A stretch of DNA of 64,000 bases. It comes from Candidatus Latescibacterota bacterium (GTDB lineage: Bacteria; Latescibacterota; UBA2968; UBA8231). Where the stretch lies: NCBI GenBank assembly GCA_965243025.1, contig CBDETY010000003.1, positions 1,728,001 to 1,792,000 of the forward strand. Reading direction: 5' to 3'. Numbering within the stretch: position 1 is the stretch's first letter; each line of letters begins with the position of its first letter. Shown here piece by piece: positions 19,416 to 30,000 of this stretch. A program made the translations under genes and the position numbers. A model generated the notes under the pieces. The model worked only from the letters and a program-made list of their open reading frames with translations. It had not been told where the DNA came from and made no database searches.

Positions 19416-20969
19416 CTACCAGCGACCCCAGTCCTCCCTATAGTACTGCGCCAGAAGGGGCCGGTCCAGGCGGTTCGCCTCTACCTCCACCGGTGCCATG
19501 TCCGGTGGAAAAACCGTCATCGCCGGCAGCATCTCGGGCCGCAGGTAACGCGTAGGCACCGTCAGAGGCGCCTCCGCAAGGGGAGGCGCGGCCGCACCGG
19601 CGGCGAGGAAGAATCCCCATTCCCCCAGCGTCGGCACCGGAACGCGGTAAGGAACCGCTCGCAAACCCGCCTCCGCAAGGGATTTTCCGATGCTCCAGAA
19701 GGTCTTTCTGGTGAAATACGGACTGGTCGCCTGGGTCGCCAGCATACCTCCCCGGGCCAGGTGGCGGCGGAGAATCCGGTAGCCTTCGACCGAATACAGC
19801 TTGCCAAGCGAATCGATCCGGGGATCGGGAAGGTCGACGATGATGACCCCGTAGGGGATCAGATCCTGCTGGATGAACCGGAAGGCATCCTCGTTCAGGA
19901 TGCGGACCTCGGGGCGGTTCAGGGAATTTCGGTTGAGGTCCGTCATGCGCACGTCGCGGCGGGCGAGGTCGGTCACCGCCTCGTCCATGTCGACGAGATC
20001 GACCGCGACGACATCGGGATACTTCAACACTTCGCGCGCCGAAAGGCCGTCTCCGCCGCCAATTATCAGCACCCTGTCCCGGCTGCCGGCGAGGGACATC
20101 GCCGGATGGACGAGGGCTTCGTGGTAGCGGTACTCGTCGCTCGACGAGAATTGCAGATGTCCGTCGAGGAACAGGCTGATCTCCTCCTTCCACTGCGTCA
20201 GCACCACTCTCTGGTACGGTGATTGGGCGCTGTAGACGATGCGGTCGCTGTAGAGATTGCTTTCCCAGCGCTCGCGCAGTGCCTCGGCGCGCAGCAAAAG
20301 ACCGCCGAGAACGGCGCCGAACAGGACGGACTGCAGCGCGAGCAGGCGCACCCGTCCCCCGTTCAGCACACCCCGGAAGGCGACCAGCAGCACCACCCCG
20401 ATACCGACGTTTATCCCCCCGGTGACGAGGGCGGTATCGAAGGTCCCGAGAAGCGGCAGCAGCAGGTAGGGAAAAAGAAGGGCGGCGATCAGCGACCCGA
20501 TGTAGTCGAGAGACAACAGGTCGGCCAGCACCTGCCTCAGGGTTCCGTACTGACGAAGGATGCGCGCCAGCAGGGGCAGCTCGAGCCCGACCAGGCCCCC
20601 GATAACCAGGATGAAGAGGATCATCCAGTAGCGGTACTGCCCCGAGTACGAGTAAACCGCGTACAGGGCCGGGACCGAACACCCCCCGGCCAGCCCGAGC
20701 CAGAGCTCGATGGATATGAATTTTGTAATCAGGTCGCGCTTGCAAAGCCTTGAGATCCAAGAGCCTGCCCCCATCGCGGCCAGAAAGAAGCCGATTGTAA
20801 GAGAAAACTGTTCGACACTGTCGCCGAGGAAGTAGGAGGAGATGGTGCCTATGAGGAGCTCGTAGATGATCGCGCAGCCCGCCGCGGCGAAAATCGAGGC
20901 GAGCAGCAGCGCGACCCCCAGGCGGGATGCACCGGGGTCGGTGGAGCCGGGGACCGCCTCGTCAGGCAC
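19416..20969 (-). CDS. speE: membrane-anchored polyamine aminopropyltransferase (spermidine synthase-like)
   Basis: About 7 N-terminal TM segments; LQFSSSDEYRYHEALVHP, IIGGGDG, VIIVDLPDP. Confidence 0.9.
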   Translation of the reverse strand: MPDEAVPGSTDPGASRLGVALLLASIFAAAGCAIIYELLIGTISSYFLGDSVEQFSLTIGFFLAAMGAGSWISRLCKRDLITKFISIELWLGLAGGCSVPALYAVYSYSGQYRYWMILFILVIGGLVGLELPLLARILRQYGTLRQVLADLLSLDYIGSLIAALLFPYLLLPLLGTFDTALVTGGINVGIGVVLLVAFRGVLNGGRVRLLALQSVLFGAVLGGLLLRAEALRERWESNLYSDRIVYSAQSPYQRVVLTQWKEEISLFLDGHLQFSSSDEYRYHEALVHPAMSLAGSRDRVLIIGGGDGLSAREVLKYPDVVAVDLVDMDEAVTDLARRDVRMTDLNRNSLNRPEVRILNEDAFRFIQQDLIPYGVIIVDLPDPRIDSLGKLYSVEGYRILRRHLARGGMLATQATSPYFTRKTFWSIGKSLAEAGLRAVPYRVPVPTLGEWGFFLAAGAAAPPLAEAPLTVPTRYLRPEMLPAMTVFPPDMAPVEVEANRLDRPLLAQYYREDWGRW

Positions 20970-22638
20970 GCGTCAATCCTTTCAGGGAGCTCTCGCAGGG
21001 GATATCGAGAAGATCGAGACACTCTTCCGCCGCGCGAAGGCCGTGAAATACAGCCTCTTCGAACAGGGGAAGCCCCGACACGTCGCAGGTTGCAAAGGAA
21101 ACGGCACCGCAACGGAGCTGCCTGAGTTCGAGGTCGTTTCCCCACATGACGCCGGGTTCCGGTCTCACCATGGCGTGGCCCCACAGGTAGAGGTCGAGGC
21201 GCTCGACGAGGTCCTCGAGTCCGGGGTGAGCGGCGGTCAGGTCGGACATCACCGCGTCTGCCCAGAACCGGTGAGACCGCTTCAGCAGGGCATGCCGGGC
21301 CACTTCCGGATCGCTGGCGAAGGGCAGGTAGTAAACCAGGGTCCTTCCCCGCTGCGACACCGACCCCTGATGGCCGGCGTCGAGATAGCCGACGGACGGA
21401 CCATCGTACAGGACGTTGTCCCATGCGAACCGATCCGGCGACAGGTCTCCGCCACCCCCCTTTTTCAAATGCAGGGCAGCGACCAGCCAGGGAGAGTAAC
21501 GCAACCGCGACATGGCCAGGCGCTGCCCAGCTGGCAGTTCCCGAACGACGAACGGAGCGGTGTGCAGCTTGCCGGCATAGACGACGGAGCGGGCACGAAC
21601 CCGGTAGCGCCGTCCTGAAACCAGGTCGATACAGGCAAGCTCCGCCCCTTCGGGGGCCGGGCCGATGGCAACCACAGCGGTGAGTGTGCGCCGTTCTTCG
21701 GGAAGCATCCGGCCCGCCAGCGCCTCGGTCAGGTAACCGTTTCCCTGTTCCCAGGTCAGGGTGTCGCTGGGATACTGCTCGGAGACCCGCCGGTCGTAGA
21801 GCCTGCAGGCGAAGTAATGGATCCCCGCCCAGGCCGAGACATCCCGGCCGAGACAGCCGTAGTCATCCCGGCAACAGTAATCCACCAGCCATCGCAGCGG
21901 CGCAGCCGTCCACTTCCGGCTTTCCATGTAGTCGGCCATCGATATCCGGTCCAGGCCGCGAACCTTCGAATCGGCGGTGCTGTAGGCGGCCGGCATGGCG
22001 AAACCCCGGCGTCCGTCGGCGCCCGCCAGAATCGTCCAGCGCAGCATGTCGTCCTCGAACTCCCGCCACTGCTCCACCGCTTTCGAACCGGCGTTGCGGA
22101 ACGGATCGAGCCCTTCTTCCCAGTCCCCGTCGAGGAAGAGCCGCTCCCGGGGGTGTTTTACGAGGTGGTCGGGATTGACGCGCGGCCTTCCGGATGCGTC
22201 GTACCCGGTGATGACCCCGATGTCGGCGAGCAGCTCGTGGATGCAGTCCGCCTCTGCCGGAGGAACGTTGATGTAGTGGGCGCCCCACGGAAATGCGCGG
22301 CCGTTTGCCGATCCCGATATCGAGGTTCCACCGGTCCGCGACTCGAGCTCGAACAGGCAGAGCCTGCCGACTCCGGCGGCCTTGAGCTTCCAGGCCGCCG
22401 CAAGTCCCGAGACACCCCCGCCGGCGATGGCTGTATCGAGGACCGGCTCGGCGGCTGCCGGGAATTCCTCGAGCACATGCCGGGAGCGCAGCAGGTGCCC
22501 CCGTTCCGCCGAGCTGCCGTTGACGATCTCTCCGGGGATACCGAAGGAGCGGTTCGGCCTGTCTCCGGCGCCTCCGCAGCCGAGGGCCAGGCCACCTGCA
22601 AAGGCCCGCAGAAAGGCCCTCCGCGTCAGAGGTCTCAT
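20962..22638 (-). CDS. Tat-exported FAD-dependent amine oxidase-like protein
   Basis: TRRAFL twin-arginine signal; GGGVSGLAAA, ELESRTGG, PWGAHY, WGHAM, LFEEA. Confidence 0.85.
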   Translation of the reverse strand: MRPLTRRAFLRAFAGGLALGCGGAGDRPNRSFGIPGEIVNGSSAERGHLLRSRHVLEEFPAAAEPVLDTAIAGGGVSGLAAAWKLKAAGVGRLCLFELESRTGGTSISGSANGRAFPWGAHYINVPPAEADCIHELLADIGVITGYDASGRPRVNPDHLVKHPRERLFLDGDWEEGLDPFRNAGSKAVEQWREFEDDMLRWTILAGADGRRGFAMPAAYSTADSKVRGLDRISMADYMESRKWTAAPLRWLVDYCCRDDYGCLGRDVSAWAGIHYFACRLYDRRVSEQYPSDTLTWEQGNGYLTEALAGRMLPEERRTLTAVVAIGPAPEGAELACIDLVSGRRYRVRARSVVYAGKLHTAPFVVRELPAGQRLAMSRLRYSPWLVAALHLKKGGGGDLSPDRFAWDNVLYDGPSVGYLDAGHQGSVSQRGRTLVYYLPFASDPEVARHALLKRSHRFWADAVMSDLTAAHPGLEDLVERLDLYLWGHAMVRPEPGVMWGNDLELRQLRCGAVSFATCDVSGLPLFEEAVFHGLRAAEECLDLLDIPCESSLKGLTRA

Positions 22639-22750
22639 GTGAGGTGACGGAAAAGAACGCCGGGCGGGACGTCATCCCGATGCGAGGGCGCCCGGCAGTG
22701 GAGAAGAACCCGCGATGTTACGGGGGGAGCAGGCCCTGCCGGTCGCGGGG

Positions 22751-23458
22751 CTACGACATCCCCATCTTCGACTTGAGCTGGGCCAACGAGTCGGTGGCCT
22801 TGGAGGAGGACTGCCCGGCCAGAGCCTTGTCGATCTCGTCGTCGACCGAGCGCGAGGAATCTGCCATCTCCCCGTACGCTTCGGCCAGCGACTCCTGCTC
22901 GTCAACTTTTTCCTTCATGCGTTCGAGCAGGGCAACCGTGCCGCGGGAATCGACGTTTGCCAGCCTCTGGTTGATCTTCCGGGTCGCGTCCGCGGTCTTG
23001 GCGCGCGCCTTGAGCGTTGCCAGGTCGTTTTCGTACGAGGCGAGCTTCGACTTCAGCTCGTTCACATTGGCCTGGATCTTGTCGACCATGGCGTGCTGGG
23101 CCTGGGACTGCCGGGTCGACTCGAGAGCGCGGGTGGTTCCCTCCTCCTTGCGGGTCAGGGCCTCGGTGGCGAGACGCTCTGCATCGGCCATTTCCATATC
23201 GCCGGACTGCGCCCTCTGCAGCAGCAGCATCGCCTTGCGCTCGTAGTCGCCGGCGAGCCGTTTTGCATCTTCGGCCTCCTTGTCCATACGGATTGCCAGG
23301 GCCTTGACCTCGGCAAGGCTCTTGAGGCTGTCGGCGAGATCGTTCTTGAGGTCCCGGACCGCCTGCTCGCTGATCTTGATGGGATCTTCGAGCTTGTCGA
23401 CAAGGGCGTGCGCTTCGGCCTGTCCGGTCTTGAACAGACGTTGAAAAATACCGGCCAT
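22751..23458 (-). CDS. pspA: PspA/IM30 family protein
   Basis: GIFQRLFK amphipathic start, DKLEDP, long coiled coil, LKSKMG end. Confidence 0.92.
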   Translation of the reverse strand: MAGIFQRLFKTGQAEAHALVDKLEDPIKISEQAVRDLKNDLADSLKSLAEVKALAIRMDKEAEDAKRLAGDYERKAMLLLQRAQSGDMEMADAERLATEALTRKEEGTTRALESTRQSQAQHAMVDKIQANVNELKSKLASYENDLATLKARAKTADATRKINQRLANVDSRGTVALLERMKEKVDEQESLAEAYGEMADSSRSVDDEIDKALAGQSSSKATDSLAQLKSKMGMS

Positions 23459-23478
23459 GAGTTCCTGCTCCTTCCGTT

Positions 23479-23895
23479 CTAGGCTTTGGGCGCCGACTGT
23501 TCCGCGAAGCTCAGAAGCTCTTCCCCGTTCTCGGCAAGGCCGAGGCTGAGAGCGTTGATGGTGGTTTCGAGCTCGCTGAGGTCGAGGGTGTCGAGGGCAA
23601 GGGTGTTCCGGTACAAAAGGGTATCGGCGGCATCGTTGAGGACGAAGGCTCCGAAAACCAGTTCGCGGTTCATCTGCAGAATCCGCCGGTACATTTCCGC
23701 CCCGGCTCCGGAATCGACCTTCATGATCAACTGCTCGAGCACGAGCACCGACTCTTCGCAGTCGATGACGAGATTGTGAATCCCGCGCTCGTGGTCGTTG
23801 ATGAGGACGATCTCCTCCTCGGGGATTTCCTCGTCGATTTCGAAACCCAGCTCGAGGACGTATTCCTTGACCATGTCAAAGCGCTCCGACATCAC
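23479..23895 (-). CDS. CesT/Tir-chaperone (YbjN-like) protein
   Basis: Small acidic protein; ILQMNRELVFGAFVL, LDLSELETTINAL. Confidence 0.78.
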   Translation of the reverse strand: MMSERFDMVKEYVLELGFEIDEEIPEEEIVLINDHERGIHNLVIDCEESVLVLEQLIMKVDSGAGAEMYRRILQMNRELVFGAFVLNDAADTLLYRNTLALDTLDLSELETTINALSLGLAENGEELLSFAEQSAPKA

Positions 23896-24257
23896 TGCTC
23901 CTTTTCCCGGTTTGACAGCGCCGTTTCCAGCTCCCTGTAGGCGCGGGTGAGTCGCGCCGTCAGCTCGTCGGCCGTGCGGCGCTTCTCCTCGTCCCGGGCG
24001 TGTCTGTCAGGGTGGTACTGCTTCATCATCCGGCGCCATGCAGCGCGCACGGTCTCCAGGTCCGACCCGTACGGCAATTCGAGGTTCGCGTAATACTCGG
24101 CCAGGGCCGGGTCGACATCGGACCGCCGGCTCCCCGGCTCTTCCCGGGGACCGTTTCCCCGTCCGAATTCTCCCGCCTCAAAACGGGGTGTCTCACCGCG
24201 CAGGCGATCGTAAAGCCGCGAGCGGCCGATTTCAATGAGGCGGCGGAAAAGGTCCAT
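23892..24257 (-). CDS. small protein with a C-terminal J domain
   Basis: YYANLEL...WRRMMKQYHPDRH (HPD motif). Confidence 0.88.
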   Translation of the reverse strand: MDLFRRLIEIGRSRLYDRLRGETPRFEAGEFGRGNGPREEPGSRRSDVDPALAEYYANLELPYGSDLETVRAAWRRMMKQYHPDRHARDEEKRRTADELTARLTRAYRELETALSNREKEQ

Positions 24258-24421
24258 GGCCCTGGGTGAGAACGAATCGAATATAGAAGTGCCCGTTCCC
24301 CTGGTCCATACGGGAACCGGACTGGTCTGCCCCCGGTCAGTCAGCCTGCGACCTGGGCCCCGAGCCGGGGATCAACGGAGGTGCAGGGGCGACCGATTCC
24401 GCGGATTTACCCGTGTCCATA

Positions 24422-27076
24422 CTAGTACGGCAGGGCCGACACTGCCTTGCTGATCATCGCCAGGGCGGCGCAGAACATGCCGATCAGCGCCATCCCTACC
24501 CCGAAGCCGACGCTCAGAACCATGGCGTAGCGGCGCCACTCCTGTTTGCCGTACCGCTTCCAGAAGTAGAAGCGCGCCATCAGGGCTCCGACGATCTGCG
24601 GCAGCAAAGAGTGAGGAATTCCGTTGACGCTCTGGACGTACCCCCAGATCAGGAAAATGGGCAGCCCGAGAAATGCCATGGTGAAGTAAGCGACAAGGCC
24701 GAAGCCGGCGGCGAACAGCGAGATCGGCCACTTCCGCCCGTCGAACGGATGGTGCATGTCGGACTCGTCCGTGATCCCGTCGCCGTCGTCGTCCAGTCCG
24801 TTCTTCAGCTCTTCGTCGATGAGCCCGTCGCCGTCGTTGTCGCGCCTGTCCCCGGTGAAGGTCATGTCGCGCCAGTGCGCCTCGAAAAGCAACGGGATGT
24901 CGGACGACCGCTGCAGGAACTCGCCATCGAATGAAGGCAGGCGGTCGACCTCGAAGTAGAACTCGACCGAATCCTGCGGGGCTTCGCTCAGGCGGGCATC
25001 GAAGTTCGGGTTCGGCGTGTCGATGATGTCCCCCGGACGGGGCCAGACAATCCCGGGGGCAGACGGCTGCGCAGACGATGATTCGGAGGGAGGTGAACGG
25101 GGTGGTAACAATCCCAGGTGAGGCGCCTGGGGAGCATCGGGAGCTCCCCTGCCGCTGAAATCGGTGTAGAAATAGCCGGTCTGCGACCACTCGCCGTAAC
25201 GGCGCTTGTCCGGGTCGGGGATATGGACGTCGTACGAGGCGCGCACCCTCCAGTACCACCAGTGCTTGTCCTGCAGGTTGTGCGGACTCCATACGACCTG
25301 ACCTCGCGAGATGGCAGTGCCATCCGAGAGGATCTCCCCGGCTCGCCAGCTGCGGCTGTACATCGTGCTGGAGAAAAACAGGGCCTGTTGGTACGCCTTG
25401 AGGGGCCACATCAATTGGGCATAGGGGTATCGTTCCGAGGGGATCGGGCCGAGCCGCCACAGCATGCTCCAGTACATCATGCTGACCACGAGGATGATGG
25501 GGAGCATGAACAGCTCGGCCTTGAGCAGGCTGGTGAAACGCATCCCGGTCAGCTCGACCACCCGGAACCCCTCGGCGTGGCCGCCGTAGTTCCGCGTCGG
25601 AAACGGCACGAACCAGACATCTACCCCGCGGTACCCGGTAAGAAAGATGACCGCCTCGTTGACATAGGGAATGGAGACTTCGCGGCCGATCATGCCGTCG
25701 AGTCGGGCGCTGACGAACGACATGATCGGGGCGTACACGAAGGCGATGCAGAAGAAGGTGAGGAGCAGCCCGGTGGTGACCAGCGTGGGAAACAGGGTCT
25801 TGGCGAGCACGATCGGGTAGAAAGCGGCGAGCCCGAAAAGCACGAGGCAGAGCCAGATGTTGAAGTCGCCGCGGCCGAGGTGGGTAAGGCAGTAGCCGCG
25901 CACCTCGGAGGGCCGGTTGCAGCCGTCGTGCCGGCAGGTTCTCGGGTACTCTTTGCGCTCGCCGATGACCCTTTCCCGAGCCTCGGCGCGCTGGCGGCGG
26001 CCGCTGGCCAGGAGGTTGTAGAAACTGATGACGGTGACCGCGAGAGTGATTCCGACGGAGAAGGCCTGCCAGAAATCGATGCTGGTGGCGATCTGGGTGT
26101 TGATCGTCGTCATCCCAGGGGCCCAGCTCGGAAGCAGTCCTTTCCAGTAGAGGAAGGGGCTGACCACGGTGTGCACGATGACCCCGGAGAATGAGCCGAT
26201 AACCGCCCAGAAAGGCATCAGCAGGCCGGCGAAGATCGGACCGAGATGGAGAGTGATACCGAGCGGGGTGGCCGGCAGCAGACTCCCGAAAAACGGGGTC
26301 AGATCCCAGAACGGGATCGGGATCACCTGGATCCTTGAACCCATCGCCGCGGTTACCTCGGGGATCCCTACGTACACCGAGCCGAAGATCCCGCCGATGA
26401 CACCCCCGATGCTGAAAACCGGCCACTTCCAGGTCTCGGCCTCGTCGCCGCTCTCCTCGGCGAGGGCCATGGCCGACAGGGCGGACATCGGCGCAGTCGG
26501 AAACGGCAGTTGCTCCCGGTCCGACATCAGCCGGAACAGCAGGTACCCGGAGGTGAACCAGGAAATGCGGCCGACGATGGTGCCGATGATGAGGAGGCCG
26601 ATCGGCCACAACCAGTCCGGGTGCAGGAAAGTGCGCTCGGCGAGGGCGACCGAGTCGGGAGGCGGCGCCCACCACGTCGGCAGGAGCCTGGAGATGCCGA
26701 ACTGTTCCGCCTCGGCGGAGCGCACGAAGTACTGGCGCCACAGCAGGTCGAGAAAAGCCCCTTCCTCGCGCGCCACCAGGGCGCTGGCCACGTACACGAG
26801 CAGGAAGATCTCCTGCCTCTTCAGGGACGTGAAGGAACGCTTTGCGACCTCGAGAAAGAGGATGACCGTGACCCACTGAGCGGCATCCCCTATTCCCCCA
26901 CCGGTAACGAGGCCGAGGTACATCTCCCCCGGTGTCATGATCAGGGAGATGAAGAGAACCCCGATGATCGTCCGGATCGTGAAGCCGTCCTCGAACTTGT
27001 CGGGAGCTTCGAGGAGCGCGCGGTACTCCTCTACCTCCTGCCACTGATTCTGCTTGAGTTTGCGCCTGAATTTCAT
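24422..27076 (-). CDS. OPT-superfamily-like peptide transporter with inserted soluble domains
   Basis: FEDGFTIRTIIG, AAQWVTVILF, EQLPFPTAP motifs; many TM segments; inserted CCCH and DxDxDG modules. Confidence 0.78.
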   Translation of the reverse strand: MKFRRKLKQNQWQEVEEYRALLEAPDKFEDGFTIRTIIGVLFISLIMTPGEMYLGLVTGGGIGDAAQWVTVILFLEVAKRSFTSLKRQEIFLLVYVASALVAREEGAFLDLLWRQYFVRSAEAEQFGISRLLPTWWAPPPDSVALAERTFLHPDWLWPIGLLIIGTIVGRISWFTSGYLLFRLMSDREQLPFPTAPMSALSAMALAEESGDEAETWKWPVFSIGGVIGGIFGSVYVGIPEVTAAMGSRIQVIPIPFWDLTPFFGSLLPATPLGITLHLGPIFAGLLMPFWAVIGSFSGVIVHTVVSPFLYWKGLLPSWAPGMTTINTQIATSIDFWQAFSVGITLAVTVISFYNLLASGRRQRAEARERVIGERKEYPRTCRHDGCNRPSEVRGYCLTHLGRGDFNIWLCLVLFGLAAFYPIVLAKTLFPTLVTTGLLLTFFCIAFVYAPIMSFVSARLDGMIGREVSIPYVNEAVIFLTGYRGVDVWFVPFPTRNYGGHAEGFRVVELTGMRFTSLLKAELFMLPIILVVSMMYWSMLWRLGPIPSERYPYAQLMWPLKAYQQALFFSSTMYSRSWRAGEILSDGTAISRGQVVWSPHNLQDKHWWYWRVRASYDVHIPDPDKRRYGEWSQTGYFYTDFSGRGAPDAPQAPHLGLLPPRSPPSESSSAQPSAPGIVWPRPGDIIDTPNPNFDARLSEAPQDSVEFYFEVDRLPSFDGEFLQRSSDIPLLFEAHWRDMTFTGDRRDNDGDGLIDEELKNGLDDDGDGITDESDMHHPFDGRKWPISLFAAGFGLVAYFTMAFLGLPIFLIWGYVQSVNGIPHSLLPQIVGALMARFYFWKRYGKQEWRRYAMVLSVGFGVGMALIGMFCAALAMISKAVSALPY

Positions 27077-30000
27077 GCCGCAGGTATGGGCGAGGCGAGC
27101 ATGGCCTCGGCCTTTTCCCGGTGATAGGCGCGCGCGTCCGCCCGGAGGGTATGCCAGAGGAGGAACTGCTTGCGCAGGGTGTTCATGAAGCGCTGGTTGA
27201 CCCGCTGCCAGTAGGTATCCTGGCCGCTCAGCCGCTGAATGAACACTTCCACCATGTAGATGCCGCTGCCGTCGGCGGCGGGAAGGAAGTCGAGCTGCAG
27301 GTACTGGCTGACCCCCATGTCGAACGGGGCGAGCCAGGTGAGCATCTGCAGCGAGTACTGCGGAGCACCGGGCGTCTGCTCTTCACTGACGAGGGTGACC
27401 TTTTCCGCATAGAAGTCGCCGATCGATTCCTCCTTGTAGGCGTCGAAGAAGTTGCCCAGGAAACCGCAGATTCCCACAACCTCCCCGGAGCTGACCATGA
27501 ACGGGAACTCGAACTCCCAGCGGTCTCCCGTGGGCCGGGGAGGCTTCCACCGTCTCACCAGATCCGGAACTGCTGCCCGCGACGCCACCCGGGCCGGATA
27601 TACCGTCGAGGCGAGGACAACCGCCATGACCACGGCTGCGGAGGCGACCGCAGCGTACGAAGAGTAGTTGAGGTTGACCCCGGCGGAGAGGTGGAAAGTG
27701 ACGATCGCCTTCCCGAGGGTCTGGCCGAGAAGGTACCCCATGGTGACTCCGATCACTGCGTACACGCAGGCCTCTGCAATGAAGAGGAGGGCGATGTGCA
27801 TCGGCGCCAGCCCGACGGCGGAGTAGATGTCGATTTCGCGGAAGCGCTCGTACACCGCCCCCATCATGGCGTTGAGAACGATCAGCCCGGCGATCAGCAT
27901 CGGAATCACCAGCGCCTGGAACCCTTCGACCGCGGTAAGCCCCACGGAGGTGTACGAGGCGACCGCAATGCGGTCGGTTTCCGGGTCGCGCGTCCCCGCG
28001 AACAGCGTCATCGGAGTCTGGGTGATGAACCCTTCGATCATCCCCCGGATGTCGCCGCCGGGTTCGAAACGCATGGCCACGGACCGCAGCTCTCCTCCCG
28101 CACCGCGCAGCGTCTCGAAAGGCAGGATGACCACGTTGTCCGGGTGCAGGTGCACGAAGGCCCTGGTCTCCTCTTCCCTTTCCGAGGTGTCCTCGACCTG
28201 CTGCGGCCGGGAGCCCATCAGCTCGGCAGAGGAGCGGTGAAAATCGACGGGAGTCAGCGGTTCGTCGTCGAGGTCGTGCAGGGCGAAAAAGGCATCGGCA
28301 TCGAACAGTCCCCGCACTCGCAGCATGGTCCCGAGGACGCGCACGCTGTCCCCGGGAACAAGCGCCGCATCGACACCGAGAATCTCGGCCATCTCGAGGG
28401 AGAGCAGGCAGCTTTTTTCATCCGGGGAATCGAAAAAATCTCCAGCGGCCAGGGCGGTGTGAACGCCCGTTACTCCCCGTTCCTGCGGGGACAGGCCGAG
28501 CAGGGCCGTCGACAGCGAGGAGCCTTCTCCATGGCTGATCCGGATGTACCCCTTCTCCTCGGACTGGGCGATGTACCAGTTGCGGGGGGAAAGAACGGCG
28601 CGCTCGCCGAAGTAGGACCTCGCCGCCTCCATCTTCCACCTTCCGATCCAGTCCCAGTTGTGGTGCCGGATCAGGGCCCCTTCGTAGGCCCCCTCATGCC
28701 GGTGTGAGAAGGCGAAAAACTGGACGTCCGGCTTGAAGGAGGAGAACGACAGGACCGTGAAGGTCAGCAGGGTGATCGTGCCCAGGGTCAGGCTCGTCCG
28801 CAGCTTGCGACGGCGCATGTTGGAAATTCCGAGCATGAAGGCGGTGTAGGCGGCGCTGAACCGGCTTATGTCGGTCTGGTGCACTCTCGCCTGCTCGGCG
28901 CGGTATTCCCGGAGGTAGCGGTTGAAGCGGGTCACGACCATGAGCAGGACGAAAACCGCCATCGCCATGATCGCGAAGGCGAGCAGGACGACCAGGGGGT
29001 GGGCGATCGCGAAGGCGGGATGGACCTGGGAAATTATCGCCCAGATCACTATGAGGACGGCGACGAAACCGGTCAACTGCATGCGGATATCCGGCGATGC
29101 CAGGACCAGCCGCTCGGTGAAGAAGGCTGCGGGAATCACCAGAGCCAGAAAAAACACCATCCCCTTGATCACGTCGTTGAGGGTACCGATCACCTCCGGA
29201 TAGGCCCGGAAGATCATTCCCCCCGCTTCGCGTATGTCCCTTGTGTAGTCGTCCCAGCGGTGCTCGGCCATGGCAGCCTCCGCACGCTGCAGCAAGCGGC
29301 GCCCGTTCTGCTGGAACCGGGAAACGCTGTGGTTCTCGATGGCGTGCTTGCGCATCGTGTGCAGGCGCGCTTCGTTGAGGCGCATCATGTCGCGAATCAC
29401 GTAGAACTCCGTCGGAGTCAGGGTGTCGCGTCTGAAGTGGTAGCCGATCCCCCGGGCGGTGCTCTCGTCATTGCCGCCCGGGCTGTTCAGAAGATAGCGG
29501 GCACCTCCGAAGGTTCCGGCCATGACTTTGAGACCGTCGGTCTGCTCCGGAAGGTCGCGGTCGGCGTAGACCAGGGCTGCAAAACCGCTGCGGGAGTACC
29601 CGAACTGCCTCGGGGCGCGGCCGCTCCGGTCGAGAATCTTGAAGCTGTCGGAGCTCCCCCCCAGGCCGAACAGCCTGCCGGGGACGCAGGGAAACAGGAC
29701 CAGGGTCTTCTCGTCCGCCGTCCACCGCGTCACCCATGGAATCTTCCCGCTGAACCCCGGTTCTCCCGCGAACTTCTGCGCTCTCTCACTCAGGTCCGGG
29801 GCAAACAGGACCTGCCCTGTCTCCCTGTCGAGAACGAAGGCGGAAACACCGGTGGTGTACCCGACCACCAGGCCATGCAACGTCACGTCCCCGTCCTCGT
29901 TCGTCAGGTAGTACCGTTCCTGGTGGACTCCCTTGTCGACGAGGTCGTACCCTTCGCTGACCACGGCCTGGGGCACGGGGCGGTTCGGCATCTGCGCCCG

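Noticed and set aside
24372-27044. 890-aa same-strand alternative-frame ORF over the OPT gene
   Set aside because: Arg/Pro/Gly-rich with no motifs; expected shadow of GC-biased codon usage
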